Assembly: GCA_964430545.1 (NCBI GenBank)
Contig: CAYSFG010000033.1
Location: 6,394 to 70,393 of the forward strand
DNA length: 64,000 nucleotides
Source: Candidatus Woesearchaeota archaeon
Lineage (GTDB): Archaea > Nanobdellota > Nanobdellia > SCGC-AAA011-G17 > GW2011-AR18
Direction: 5' to 3'
The position numbers and the translations under genes are program-made. This document shows positions 18,879 to 28,598 of the stretch, piece after piece. The notes beneath the pieces were generated by a model that ran no database searches, was not told the DNA's origin, and was given only the letters and a program-made list of their open reading frames with translations. The first letter of the stretch is position 1, and each line of letters begins with the position of its first letter.

Positions 18879-19715
18879 ATGTTTAAAAAATATGGTATAA
18901 TAGGTATTATCTTAATTTTTTTAGTCGAATTAAATTTCTTTTTTAAAATACAACCTTTTGCAAATTTTTATTTTCCAATTGTGTGGCTAGGTTATATTTT
19001 AATTTTAGATGCTTTAGTTTACAAACTCAGGGGAAACTCCTTAATTAGTAATAGATTTTTACAATTTATTGGTATGTTTTTTTTGTCTATTTTTATATGG
19101 TGGATATTTGAATTTTTTAATTTTTCAGTAAATAATTGGGTTTATGTCCATACTTCTGAAATGTCTGAATATGCTTCTTTATTTATGAAAATTCTTGCTT
19201 ATTCTACTGTTCTTCCTGCTTTTTTTGAGACTGTAGAATTAATAAGGTCTATTCATTTATTTGATAAAAAAGTTTTACATAAAAAACATAAGATTACTAA
19301 AAAATTTTTATATGTTATGGTTATTTTAGGTATAACATCATTTATAGTGCCATTATTTATTCCAAAATTTTCTTATCCATTGATTTGGTTAAGTTTTTTC
19401 TTTATCTTAGATCCTATAAATTATTTACATAAACAACCTAGTATCATAAGCCATCTTAGGGATAAAAAATTAGTTATTCCATTATCATTATTATTAGCTG
19501 GTATTATTATGGGATTTTTTTGGGAATTCTGGAATTATTGGGCTGTAAGAAAGTGGGTTTATGATATTCCATTTTTAAGTTTTTTTAAGATATTTGAAAT
19601 GCCTATTTTAGGTTATTTAGGTTATTTTCCATTTGCTTTTGAATTATATGCTATGTACTGGTTTTTAAGAAGTTTAATTATTCACAAAGAACATTTATTA
19701 ATTGACAATAAATAG
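18879..19715 (+). CDS. Polytopic membrane protein, hypothetical
   Basis: Seven or more hydrophobic segments rich in aromatic residues. Confidence 0.45.
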   Translation: MFKKYGIIGIILIFLVELNFFFKIQPFANFYFPIVWLGYILILDALVYKLRGNSLISNRFLQFIGMFFLSIFIWWIFEFFNFSVNNWVYVHTSEMSEYASLFMKILAYSTVLPAFFETVELIRSIHLFDKKVLHKKHKITKKFLYVMVILGITSFIVPLFIPKFSYPLIWLSFFFILDPINYLHKQPSIISHLRDKKLVIPLSLLLAGIIMGFFWEFWNYWAVRKWVYDIPFLSFFKIFEMPILGYLGYFPFAFELYAMYWFLRSLIIHKEHLLIDNK

Positions 19716-19746
19716 CTTTAAAAATTTTTAGTTTATTATTATTTTT

Positions 19747-20235
19747 ATGAAAGAACCAGAAATTGAAGTTTATGCAAAGGCTTTTATTTTATATCAGGAA
19801 AATTTATTCCTTATAAAATTAATTAATAATACATGGGTCCCTATTGGTGGGCATGTTGTAAAAAAAAATAATCTTGGAAAATTAATTGTAAATAAAGATT
19901 CTGAAATTTTTATTAAAGATAAGATATTAGGTTCAAGTGCTGATACAGAATTTAATTTATTTAATTATAATGGAATCCCTATTATATCACATCCGCCAGC
20001 TTATTTATCAAAAAGTGGAAATTATCATTTTGATTTAATTTATTATGGTTTATTTAACAAAGAACCTATATTAAATCATTCTAATATTGAAATTTTTAGT
20101 ATGCTTGAATTAAAAGCTATGGAAAAAAAAGGATTAATCAATAATAACATTATTAATTTTTATAATAAATGTTTAGATTTATCAAGAGAAAATATTAAGT
20201 CAGATATAGAAAAAAATAAATTAATTCTATGTTAA
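19747..20235 (+). CDS. Hypothetical protein
   Basis: ORF only. Confidence 0.3.
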   Translation: MKEPEIEVYAKAFILYQENLFLIKLINNTWVPIGGHVVKKNNLGKLIVNKDSEIFIKDKILGSSADTEFNLFNYNGIPIISHPPAYLSKSGNYHFDLIYYGLFNKEPILNHSNIEIFSMLELKAMEKKGLINNNIINFYNKCLDLSRENIKSDIEKNKLILC

Positions 20236-20251
20236 ATTATAAAATAAAAAT

Positions 20252-20977
20252 CTATTTTTTAGCTGTTGCTGCTGCTTTTGCTGCTGGTGTTTTTCCTGTT
20301 TCTGGTTTAGCTCCTGCTGTTGATGCTGTTCCAGGTGTTGCAGGTGCTCCAGCTGCTGCTTTTGCTGCTGCTTCAGCTTCAGCTGCTGCTTTTGCTGTTG
20401 CCTTTTCTTTGTCTCTAGTTTTCTTTTTTACTTCTAGATCTTGAGCCATTGTTATTAATTGTTTTTTCTTTTCTTCTGAAGGCTCTGTTTTTTCTGTTTT
20501 TATTTCATTGTCATATTTTCCTTCATCTACTTCCTTTAGAACTTGTATTGCATCTTTTCCATCTATCAGTATACCTGCAGATTGACAGCTTCCTAATACT
20601 GTTTTTACAGCCGCTTTTAGACTTTTAACTAATAATGCTGAACTTTTCATCTTTGCTATTTTTATAACCTGTTCAAATGATATTACGCCTGCTTTGTTTA
20701 TTTGTGGTTCTCCTGAACCTTTTTCTAAGTTTATTTCTTTGAATATTAATTGTGATACTGGTGGAGTTCCTATTGTTATTTCAAATGTTTTATCTTCTGT
20801 GTCTACTATGATTTTTACTGGTACTTTCATCCCTTTAAAGTCTTTAGTTTTTTCATTTATTTGAGTGACTACTTGACCTATATTTACTCTAAGTGGTCCA
20901 AGAGTTCCTCCAAGTGCTGCTCCTGCAACAGCTTTTCCACCATCAACCAATGCTTCAACTATAGTTTTCTTTCCCAT
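20252..20977 (-). CDS. rpl11: 50S ribosomal protein L11 (uL11) with an Ala/Lys/Pro-rich C-terminal tail of about 80 aa
   Basis: GGKAVAGAALGGTLGPLRVNIGQVV...TIGTPPVSQLI is the L11 core. Residues 160-241 are low-complexity KAAAEAEAAAKAAAGAPATPG...AAKAAATAKK. Confidence 0.85.
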   Translation of the reverse strand: MGKKTIVEALVDGGKAVAGAALGGTLGPLRVNIGQVVTQINEKTKDFKGMKVPVKIIVDTEDKTFEITIGTPPVSQLIFKEINLEKGSGEPQINKAGVISFEQVIKIAKMKSSALLVKSLKAAVKTVLGSCQSAGILIDGKDAIQVLKEVDEGKYDNEIKTEKTEPSEEKKKQLITMAQDLEVKKKTRDKEKATAKAAAEAEAAAKAAAGAPATPGTASTAGAKPETGKTPAAKAAATAKK

Positions 20978-21070
20978 TTCATTACCTTAAAGTAAGTTAT
21001 GTGATTTTTGAATTATTTATAAAAGTATCGTATAATTAAATTTTTATGAGAAATACAAATTTATTTTATG

Positions 21071-21100
21071 AATTATCACACAAACCAATGGTTTTTGCAT
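21071..21100 (-). promoter_or_regulatory. Conserved upstream element of about 30 nt (copy 1, upstream of rpl11)
   Basis: Minus-strand reading AGAAAGAAAAATGCAAAAACCATTGGTTTG lies just downstream of a TATA-like TTTTAAAAATA, about 95-120 nt upstream of the L11 start. Confidence 0.35.
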
Positions 21101-21153
21101 TTTTCTTTCTATTTTTAAAAATTATTTTATTTTAAATAATATTAATAAAATTT

Positions 21154-21630
21154 TTAATATCTATCTTCTTCAGCAGTTTCTTCACCTTCTCTCCTTATAA
21201 CTTTTACCCAGTCTATTTTAACTGTTATTGGTATTGGTATTGCTGCTTCTAATAATTCTACAACTACTTCTTCTTTAGATTCATCTATTCTTTTCACTTT
21301 TGCTTTTTCTTTCTTGAATGGGCCATGTATGATTTCTACAATATCTTTTTCCTGAATATTAACTTGTATTTTTACTTGTTCAAGCATAGGTTCTATTTCT
21401 TCATATTTCACTTCTTTGTTTAAAAGTCCTCTAGAATATGGTATTCCAAAACATGCTTGTGCTGCATCTTCTTGTGTTTTTGCTTCTATAAATATATATC
21501 CTCTCATTCCATGTGCATTTATTATACAATAAACTTCTAATTTCTTCTTTGTTACATTATTTTCAATAAAATCCATTACTTGTTCTTCTCTATTTGCTGT
21601 TGTTCTTATTGCGAATAGTTTATTTTCCAT
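21154..21630 (-). CDS. spt5: Transcription elongation factor Spt5 (archaeal NusG)
   Basis: NGN domain LFAIRTTANREEQV...GMRGYIFIEA plus a C-terminal KOW. Confidence 0.85.
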   Translation of the reverse strand: MENKLFAIRTTANREEQVMDFIENNVTKKKLEVYCIINAHGMRGYIFIEAKTQEDAAQACFGIPYSRGLLNKEVKYEEIEPMLEQVKIQVNIQEKDIVEIIHGPFKKEKAKVKRIDESKEEVVVELLEAAIPIPITVKIDWVKVIRREGEETAEEDRY

Positions 21631-21828
21631 TTATTTTCCACCTAATTGCCATATCATATTTATTATAAATCCAATGAATCCAATTAATAATATTCCTATT
21701 CCAGTTATCTTTACTATTGCTTTTAGTTCTTCTCTTGATGGCTTTTTTGTAACTTGCCAAACCCTCTTACACTCTAGTATAAATGATTTAAATTTTTGAC
21801 CAAGAGAAGGTTTAATTACTTGATCCAT
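21631..21828 (-). CDS. secE: Protein translocase subunit SecE (Sec61 gamma)
   Basis: 65 aa with a single C-terminal TM. Conserved secE-spt5-L11 gene order. Confidence 0.75.
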   Translation of the reverse strand: MDQVIKPSLGQKFKSFILECKRVWQVTKKPSREELKAIVKITGIGILLIGFIGFIINMIWQLGGK

Positions 21829-21930
21829 TACTTATTTAGATAATAGATAAGGTATTTAAAGCTTATTATGTTTTGAGTATTTCCGAATGTTAATATTTTT
21901 TATAGATTATAATTGCATATTTTCAGGTAC

Positions 21931-21960
21931 AAATCAATGGTTTTTGCTTTTTCTTTCTTT
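21931..21960 (-). promoter_or_regulatory. Conserved upstream element (copy 2, upstream of secE-spt5)
   Basis: AGAAAGAAAAAGCAAAAACCATTGATTTGT, about 100-130 nt upstream of the secE start. 26/30 identical to copy 1. Confidence 0.35.
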
Positions 21961-22216
21961 TAACTATTTTTTATAAATTCTTCATATTTTATATAATACT
22001 TGAACCTTAATAATCTTATTATGAAAATCTAAGTCTAATAAAATACGATAGTCTCATTTCTATATTTATAATAATTTTTATTTTAATAATGTCCTATATA
22101 ATAAAATGGGTTTTCAGTTTCTAATTTTTTTAATCCATTTTTAATTCTTTCAGATATGTGAAAATCTAATTTTTTCAGAAAATCATTTGCATCTGGTGAT
22201 AAATATACTTACCACA

Positions 22217-22390
22217 TTATAATTTAACATATTTTGATATTGGTATCTTTCTGGATTTTTCCAATCTTTTTATAGTTTCTCCACCAAGTTCGCCTTCTTC
22301 TATTAAGATATGTTTAATCAAAGCTATATTATTCTTTAATATAGTTATATCTTCATGCATACTTCTAATTTCTACTTTTGTTGTTATCAT
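22217..22390 (-). CDS. Small hypothetical protein (57 aa), below the ORF-track cutoff
   Basis: Minus-strand ORF MITTKVEIRSMHEDITILKNNIALIKHIL...KYVKL next to the HEPN/MNT pair. Very speculative. Confidence 0.2.
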   Translation of the reverse strand: MITTKVEIRSMHEDITILKNNIALIKHILIEEGELGGETIKRLEKSRKIPISKYVKL

Positions 22391-22500
22391 ATTATATAAT
22401 ATTTAAAGTTTATATAATTTTCTACTTGCAATTTTTATTTTCGGATGGATTTAATATCCAGGAACTCTGCTTCGGTGGGTTATTTATTTTAAACAAACTT

Positions 22501-22911
22501 TTATTTTAATTTGTTATTTATTATTTGTTTTAGCTTTGTTATAATTGATTTAATGTCTTCTCTTCTTTTTTCTAAATAGTCTTCAGGTATAATTAACCCT
22601 TCATAATAAATTCTATTTCTTTTTTCTCGCATATCATCAATTGTTTGAATTTCATGTTTTTTGAATTCTGGGTATTTTATTTCTATATATTCTATCAATC
22701 TTTTATGGGCTCCATCTCCTTCTGATTTATATCCGTCTAGTAATGCTACTGCAGTCATGAGCTCTTTTATAACATCATAATAATCTTTTGTTGTTAATGT
22801 GACAAATTCTTTTTCATCAACTTTTTTTATTCTTTCTATTGTCATTTCAGCAATCTTTAATATGTGTCTTGGTCTTTCCTTGTTTGGCGTTACTTTTAAT
22901 AGTCCTTCCAT
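22501..22911 (-). CDS. HEPN-domain protein (toxin component of a HEPN/MNT pair)
   Basis: All-helical 136 aa protein DYYDVIKELMTAVALLDG...KRLIEYIEIKYP, immediately downstream of a minimal nucleotidyltransferase. Confidence 0.65.
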   Translation of the reverse strand: MEGLLKVTPNKERPRHILKIAEMTIERIKKVDEKEFVTLTTKDYYDVIKELMTAVALLDGYKSEGDGAHKRLIEYIEIKYPEFKKHEIQTIDDMREKRNRIYYEGLIIPEDYLEKRREDIKSIITKLKQIINNKLK

Positions 22912-22914
22912 TTT

Positions 22915-23439
22915 TCAAAACACTTTCAAATATCCTTTTATCATTATTCCATTTAATATATTATTTTTTAGTTCTTTGCTAATTTTTTTAAAATTTTCTT
23001 CATATAGAATGTTTATCTTTCTTTTTAATATTTTTTCGTACTTTTCTAATTTTAATTCTTTAGATTTTGAATCTACAAATAAGTCTATATCACTTGTTTC
23101 TATATCTTCTCCCATTGATGCTGAACCAAATAATATTATTACTTTAGGAGAACATTCATCATAAATATAGTTAATTATTTTGCTATCATATAATCTTAGT
23201 AACATATCTATTTTCTTGTATACTCTAAATTTTTCATTATCTCTATTTGCTATATATGTAGGATATATACTTTTATTTTCTCTTATTACTAATTCTTCTT
23301 TTATTAATTTTCTAAGATGATTTATTACTGAAGGTTGAGAAATTTTTGTATTTCTTGATATTTCTCTCATTTGAAAATTTTTTCCAGGACAATCAAAAAA
23401 TTCTTGCAAAATTTTATATATGGTATAATCTTGTAGCAT
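22915..23439 (-). CDS. Minimal nucleotidyltransferase (MNT) with N-terminal wHTH (antitoxin component)
   Basis: VIILFGSASMGEDIETSDIDLFVD is the Pol-beta-type NTase GS...DxD motif. N-terminal HTH ISRNTKISQPSVINHLRKL. Confidence 0.75.
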   Translation of the reverse strand: MLQDYTIYKILQEFFDCPGKNFQMREISRNTKISQPSVINHLRKLIKEELVIRENKSIYPTYIANRDNEKFRVYKKIDMLLRLYDSKIINYIYDECSPKVIILFGSASMGEDIETSDIDLFVDSKSKELKLEKYEKILKRKINILYEENFKKISKELKNNILNGIMIKGYLKVF

Positions 23440-23526
23440 ATGGTATTATTATATTGCACATGGTATATAAATATTGCTGTTTGTTGGTTAATAAAAATAA
23501 GGTAATTGTTATATTATTTTAGATTA

Positions 23527-23551
23527 ATATTTTAGGCACAAATATAGGTTT
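23527..23551 (-). promoter_or_regulatory. Conserved upstream element (copy 3, degenerate, upstream of the MNT gene)
   Basis: GAAAACCTATATTTGTGCCTAAAA aligns with AAAAACCATTGATTTGTACCTGAAA of copy 2. About 90-110 nt upstream of the MNT start. Confidence 0.25.
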
Positions 23552-23908
23552 TCAGATTCTATTTTTTATTAAAGATTTTTCTAAATCACCAAATATTATT
23601 TTTTTATCATTTTCTTCAAGTTCTTTTCTTATGATTAATCTATTAAATTCATTGAAATCAATTTCAGGTAAATTGTCTGGTATTTTTAAAAAAATTTTAT
23701 CATAAGAACAAAGTCCAATTCTTATTATTTTTTTATTTATATCAACTTTAAATCCATTAATAGAATCATACTTACTATATTGACTATAACTTATAATTTT
23801 TATGTCTGGCTTTTCTATAGGATTTCCAAAAAAAACATATTGTTCCATAAATGACGCATTAGGAAGAAATTCTTTTTCCTTGAATATATATAAATATCCT
23901 AGTTTCAT
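23552..23908 (-). CDS. Hypothetical protein
   Basis: ORF only, directly downstream of ftsZ. Confidence 0.3.
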   Translation of the reverse strand: MKLGYLYIFKEKEFLPNASFMEQYVFFGNPIEKPDIKIISYSQYSKYDSINGFKVDINKKIIRIGLCSYDKIFLKIPDNLPEIDFNEFNRLIIRKELEENDKKIIFGDLEKSLIKNRI

Positions 23909-23910
23909 TT

Positions 23911-25032
23911 TTAGTCAACAAAATCTATTCCTAATTGGTTTTCTATTTCTTTTTTAGGTTTAAATATTTTTTGTGGTTTTTTTCCACCAAATATTTGTGG
24001 CGATTTTACTCCAGTTACAATTAATAATGTTCTTATTGTATTATCTAAATCTTCAGATATTTGCGCTCCCCATATTGTTCTTGCATCAGCATCTAATCTT
24101 TCAGTTATTGTTTCTACTATTTTTCTTGCTTCATCTAATGTCATATTAGGTCCGCCTGATATATTTATTAAAGCACCATTAGCTCCAGTAATATCTACAT
24201 CTAATAATGGATTTTGAATAGCTTTTTCGACAGATTCAATAGCACGATTATCTGTATCACTTTCACCTACCCCAATCATTGCTACCCCGCCTTTTCCCAT
24301 TACTGTTTTTATATCCGCAAAATCTAAATTAACAAGTCCAGTTTTAGTTACCAATTCAGCTATTCCCTTTACTGCATTTGTTAATATTTCATCTGCTACT
24401 TTGAATGCTGTATGTAATGGTAATCCAGGACATAATTCTAATAATTTGTCATTTGGAATTACTATTAATGTGTCAACAGTTGATTCTAATTTTTCCAAAC
24501 CAGCTATCGCATTTGCATATCTTCTCTCTCCTTCCATAGAAAAAGGTAAAGTTACAATTGCTACAGTCAATGTTCCTAATTTTTTTGCTATTTCTGCTAC
24601 TACTGGAGCTGCGCCTGTTCCGGTTCCACCACCCAATCCGCAAGTTATAAATATTATATCTGACCCCTGCAATTTATCTTTTATTTCTTTTTCACTTTCT
24701 TTTGCTGCATCTTCTCCTACTTTTGGTATTGATCCAGCACCTAATCCTGAAGTTAATTCTCTTCCTATTAGTATTTTATCATTTGCATTTGTATATAATA
24801 AATCTTGAGCATCTGTATTTATAGCTATTGTTACTGCTCCTGCAATTCCAACTTCTGACATTCTATTAATGGTATTATTTCCTCCGCCACCACAACCAAC
24901 TACTTTTATTCTTGCTTTTTGTTTATTTACTAATTCTTCTAGTTCTTCATCTACTTGTGTTATTTTTTTAGGTACTTGTTTTAATCCCGCGATAGCAATT
25001 CTTTCATTGACTTGTCTTAATATACCATCCAT
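23911..25032 (-). CDS. ftsZ: Cell division GTPase FtsZ
   Basis: [13 protein letters not shown] and the tubulin signature [19 protein letters not shown]. Confidence 0.95.
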   Translation of the reverse strand: MDGILRQVNERIAIAGLKQVPKKITQVDEELEELVNKQKARIKVVGCGGGGNNTINRMSEVGIAGAVTIAINTDAQDLLYTNANDKILIGRELTSGLGAGSIPKVGEDAAKESEKEIKDKLQGSDIIFITCGLGGGTGTGAAPVVAEIAKKLGTLTVAIVTLPFSMEGERRYANAIAGLEKLESTVDTLIVIPNDKLLELCPGLPLHTAFKVADEILTNAVKGIAELVTKTGLVNLDFADIKTVMGKGGVAMIGVGESDTDNRAIESVEKAIQNPLLDVDITGANGALINISGGPNMTLDEARKIVETITERLDADARTIWGAQISEDLDNTIRTLLIVTGVKSPQIFGGKKPQKIFKPKKEIENQLGIDFVD

Positions 25033-25167
25033 AATTTTTATCTCTTTTATTACTATTTAAATTTAATTGTAACAGAGTGTATATACTAAAGTATAGAATT
25101 ATAATATTTTTTATATTGTTTGATAAATAATTATTATTATCTAATTTAAGCAAAAATATTTAATTAT

Positions 25168-25821
25168 TTATTGTAAGACAATTTCTGTTAATTCAGGTAT
25201 AATTTCTTTTACTTTTTTTATAAAACTATCTATGTATTCTTTACTTAGTTTTATTTCAGATTTTATTTCAGCTTTATTATTATCTATTTTTATTTCATAA
25301 TCATGATCATGTATTCCTAATAAATTTTGTAATAAACTTCCTATTTTTTCTTTATTATCTGTGACTATCTTATTTATTTTTACTTCGTAGACCACATTTC
25401 TTCCTGCTAAAGGATGATTAAAGTCTATTATAGTTCTTCCTCCGTTTACTGTTCTTATTGTCCCAATCATTCCAGATGCGTTTATTTGTAATCCTGGAAA
25501 TGGATTTATTTTTTGATCTTTTAAGATTTGTGTATTTATTGTTTTCATCAAGGATGGGTCTTTATTTTTAAATGCTTGTTCCGGTTTTAATTCTATTATA
25601 TGGACGCTTCCTATTTCTTTTCCTATTAATTCTTTTTCTATTGTAAGAAATATTTGTCCTTGTCCTAAACATATTATTTTGGGTCCATAATGCGAATGGT
25701 TTGTTTTTGAATTTAGTTTTTTTGCTTCATCTGCATAAGTAACATCAAATAATTCATTTGTTTCTTTAATTCTTGCCCTATAATCAATTTCTACAAAATC
25801 TTTTTCTTTTGTTTTATTCAT
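25168..25821 (-). CDS. FKBP-type peptidyl-prolyl cis-trans isomerase (archaeal long FKBP/SlyD-like)
   Basis: VEIDYRARIKETNELFDVTYADEA...GPKIICLGQGQIFLTIEKELIGKEIG is an FKBP fold with an insert-in-flap domain. Confidence 0.65.
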   Translation of the reverse strand: MNKTKEKDFVEIDYRARIKETNELFDVTYADEAKKLNSKTNHSHYGPKIICLGQGQIFLTIEKELIGKEIGSVHIIELKPEQAFKNKDPSLMKTINTQILKDQKINPFPGLQINASGMIGTIRTVNGGRTIIDFNHPLAGRNVVYEVKINKIVTDNKEKIGSLLQNLLGIHDHDYEIKIDNNKAEIKSEIKLSKEYIDSFIKKVKEIIPELTEIVLQ

Positions 25822-25965
25822 AAAAATGAGATCAAAACAGGGTATATAAATTTTTTTAAACTAATGCATTGTTGCGTTGCCAGGACTTTTATAATAAAAT
25901 TAATGAATAAAATTTTAAATAAATTAACAAAAACATTTATATAATGCTTCATTTCTTCACAACTT

Positions 25966-26358
25966 ATGGGAGAAGTAAGATTAGTACAAGCAGGTAACTT
26001 AAAGATAGGCAGTTATGTTATTTTTGATGGTTTGGCTTGTGTTGTTAAAAATATACAAACTTCAAAAACAGGTAAACATGGTTCTGCAAAGTGTAGGATA
26101 GAGGGTGTTGGTTTGATTAATGGTGAAAAAAAGATTAAACTTCATCCAGGAAGTGATAATATTGAATCTCCAATTATAGAAAAGAAAAATGCTCAAGTTT
26201 TATCAATTTCAGGTGATATTGCTAGTGTTATGGATACAGAAACATTCGAAACATTTGATCTTAAAATTCCAGAAGATCATAAAGATAAAACAAAAGAGGG
26301 CAATATTATACAATATTGGATTATTTTAGATCAAAAAATTATTATGGGTGGCAAATAA
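25966..26358 (+). CDS. eif5a: Translation initiation factor 5A (aIF-5A)
   Basis: Hypusine loop TSKTGKHGSAKCRIEG. Confidence 0.9.
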   Translation: MGEVRLVQAGNLKIGSYVIFDGLACVVKNIQTSKTGKHGSAKCRIEGVGLINGEKKIKLHPGSDNIESPIIEKKNAQVLSISGDIASVMDTETFETFDLKIPEDHKDKTKEGNIIQYWIILDQKIIMGGK

Positions 26359-26520
26359 ATGGTAAAATTTCCTGAAGCTAATAGAAGATTATATGGTAAT
26401 GTTTTTGTGTGTAGAAAATGTAAAACTAAAATGAGGACTGATGCAGCTAAAGTAAAGAAAGGTAGAATAAGTTGCAAAAAATGCACTTCAAAAGCATTAA
26501 GACCAGTTAGGAAGAAATAA
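26359..26520 (+). CDS. rpl40e: 50S ribosomal protein L40e; 53 aa, below the ORF-track cutoff
   Basis: MVKFPEANRRLYGNVFVCRKCKTKMRTDAAKVKKGRISCKKCTSKALRPVRKK is a C4 zinc ribbon matching L40e. Confidence 0.7.
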   Translation: MVKFPEANRRLYGNVFVCRKCKTKMRTDAAKVKKGRISCKKCTSKALRPVRKK

Positions 26521-26584
26521 TTTTATAATTAATAATTTTTTATAACTAAAAGTATATAAACTACTTTATTTTAATTTATTAACA

Positions 26585-27778
26585 ATGAATTACGATTTAA
26601 TTTTTCTATTATTATTTTATTTATTGCTATTGATAATATTTAAAATTTTTAGAAATAAATTTGAGGTACAGTCTAAAGTTTTTGTTCTTTGCAAAACTAA
26701 ACTTGGTTTAAACCTGATGAATAATATTGCTAAAAAGATTCCCAAAACATTAAAATTTATTGGGACTTTGAGTATTATTATAGGTTTTATTGGAATGGTT
26801 TTTACTGTAGGTATTATTTTCAATGGTACTTATACATTATTAACAAAGCCTAATGCCCCACCTCAATTAGCACCTGTTATTCCTGGTGTTAATATAGATG
26901 GTCTTCCCAATTTATCTTTTTGGCATTGGATAATTTCTATTTTTATTGTAGCAGTAATTCATGAATTTAGTCACGGAGTTTATGCTAGACTAAGTAAAGT
27001 AAGAATTAAATCTTCTGGTTTTGCTTTCCTTGGTCCGATTTTAGCGGCTTTTGTTGAACCTGATGAAAAACAAATGAATAAGATAAAAACAAAAGATCAA
27101 TTAAAAATTTTAAGTGCAGGTCCTTTCTCAAATATTTTTTTAGCTATAGTAGTTATTTTATTTATGATATTAGTAATTTCTCCTGTTAACAATTATCTTT
27201 TTGAAGTTAAAGGTATTAATCTTGCTTCTTTGAACCAAAGTTTTCCTATAGCTTCTTCAGGAATAAAGTTTAATGATACTATAATAGAAATTAATAATGT
27301 TAAGTTAAATGATATTAAATTATTAACAAATGAAATATCAAAATATAAACCAGGTGATATTGTTAATGTAAAAACAGAATCTAATGATTATAAAATTAAG
27401 TTAGGTGTTAATCCTTCTAATTATTCTATAGGCGCTTTAGGTGTAGCAATTTCTGGGTATAAAGTTGGTCCAAAAGAATTTATAAAAAATAGATTTGTAT
27501 TTTTAGTGTCTATATTTTCTTGGTTTTCTCTTTTAGTATTTTGGTTATTTAATATTAGTTTAGGTGTTGGTTTATTTAATTTATTGCCTTTAGGGCCTGT
27601 TGATGGTGGGAGAATGTTTTACGTTGCTACTTTACATTTTTTAAAAGATAAGAAAAAAGCTTTAAGATTATTAAATTTTGTATCTTTGATTATGATATTA
27701 TTAATAATTATAAATTTGTCTCCTTTTATTATAAAATTATTTAAATTTTTATTTAATCTTTTATTAATTTTGTTTTAG
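26585..27778 (+). CDS. Site-2 protease (M50 family intramembrane metalloprotease) with a PDZ-like insert
   Basis: HEFSHGV (HExxH) inside a TM helix, and a second TM block with LPLGPVDGGRM (LDG motif). Confidence 0.8.
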   Translation: MNYDLIFLLLFYLLLLIIFKIFRNKFEVQSKVFVLCKTKLGLNLMNNIAKKIPKTLKFIGTLSIIIGFIGMVFTVGIIFNGTYTLLTKPNAPPQLAPVIPGVNIDGLPNLSFWHWIISIFIVAVIHEFSHGVYARLSKVRIKSSGFAFLGPILAAFVEPDEKQMNKIKTKDQLKILSAGPFSNIFLAIVVILFMILVISPVNNYLFEVKGINLASLNQSFPIASSGIKFNDTIIEINNVKLNDIKLLTNEISKYKPGDIVNVKTESNDYKIKLGVNPSNYSIGALGVAISGYKVGPKEFIKNRFVFLVSIFSWFSLLVFWLFNISLGVGLFNLLPLGPVDGGRMFYVATLHFLKDKKKALRLLNFVSLIMILLIIINLSPFIIKLFKFLFNLLLILF

Positions 27779-27812
27779 TTACATTTAAAAATGTTTATAA
27801 TAACTTATTTTT

Positions 27813-28598
27813 ATGCTAATAGATGTTCATTCACATTTGTACTTTCAGCATTTTGTGAAAGATTTTGAAGAAGTTTTAGAGAGAGCAAAAAATGTTGGTG
27901 TATCTTTTATAATTTGTTCTGGTGTAGATCATGAAAGCAATGTTAAAGTTCTTGAATTATCAAAAAAATATTCTATAATTAAAGCTTCTTTAGGTATTTA
28001 TCCTTTAGATGCTGTTGGATTAGGTAATTATAATAATATTCATGAAGATACAAAAAAAATAGATGTTGATGAAGAAATTAAATTTATAAGAAAAAATAAA
28101 GATAATATAATTGCTATAGGCGAAGTTGGTTTGGATAAATCTCCTGAAGAACCAAAATTAAAAGAACAAGAAGAAGTTTTTCTTAAAGCAATTAGATTAT
28201 CAAAAGAAATTAATAAACCTTTAGTTGTTCATACAAGAAAAGCAGAGAAGGAATGTTTAGATTTATTGGAAAAAGAAAATGCAAAAAATGTTGTGTTGCA
28301 TTGTTTTACTGGAAATTTAAAACTTGTAAAACGTGCTGAATCTTTAGGTTTTAGTTTTTCAATTCCCGCTATTATTACGAGATTACAACATTTTCAAAAT
28401 TTAGTAAAAGAAGTTTCTATGCAAAATATCTTAACAGAAACTGATGCACCTTATTTAAGTCCAATAAAAGGAGAAAGAAGCGAACCGTTTTATATTCGGG
28501 AAAGTATAAAAATTATTGCAAAAATAAAAAATTTAACTGAAGAAGAAACAGAAAAAATAATTTTTAGTAATTTTCAAAAAATTTTTCTAAAAAATTGA
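27813..28598 (+). CDS. tatD: TatD-family metal-dependent hydrolase/DNase
   Basis: MLIDVHSHL start and conserved His/Glu/Asp blocks (GEVGLD, HCFTG). Confidence 0.85.
   Translation: MLIDVHSHLYFQHFVKDFEEVLERAKNVGVSFIICSGVDHESNVKVLELSKKYSIIKASLGIYPLDAVGLGNYNNIHEDTKKIDVDEEIKFIRKNKDNIIAIGEVGLDKSPEEPKLKEQEEVFLKAIRLSKEINKPLVVHTRKAEKECLDLLEKENAKNVVLHCFTGNLKLVKRAESLGFSFSIPAIITRLQHFQNLVKEVSMQNILTETDAPYLSPIKGERSEPFYIRESIKIIAKIKNLTEEETEKIIFSNFQKIFLKN

Noticed and set aside
20229-20444. Plus-strand Ala-rich ORF overlapping the 3' end of rpl11
   Set aside because: It is the mirror frame of the GC-richer Ala/Lys-rich tail of L11. The minus-strand frame carries the conserved L11 core and is the real gene.
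22799-23164. Plus-strand ORF spanning the HEPN/MNT junction
   Set aside because: Antisense across the TA pair.
24401-25060. Plus-strand ORFs at 24401-24808 and 24869-25060
   Set aside because: Antisense to ftsZ. Their Pro/Ala-rich products mirror the Gly-rich tubulin signature codons.
26617-26823. Minus-strand ORF at the site-2 protease N-terminus
   Set aside because: Antisense to the M50 protease gene.
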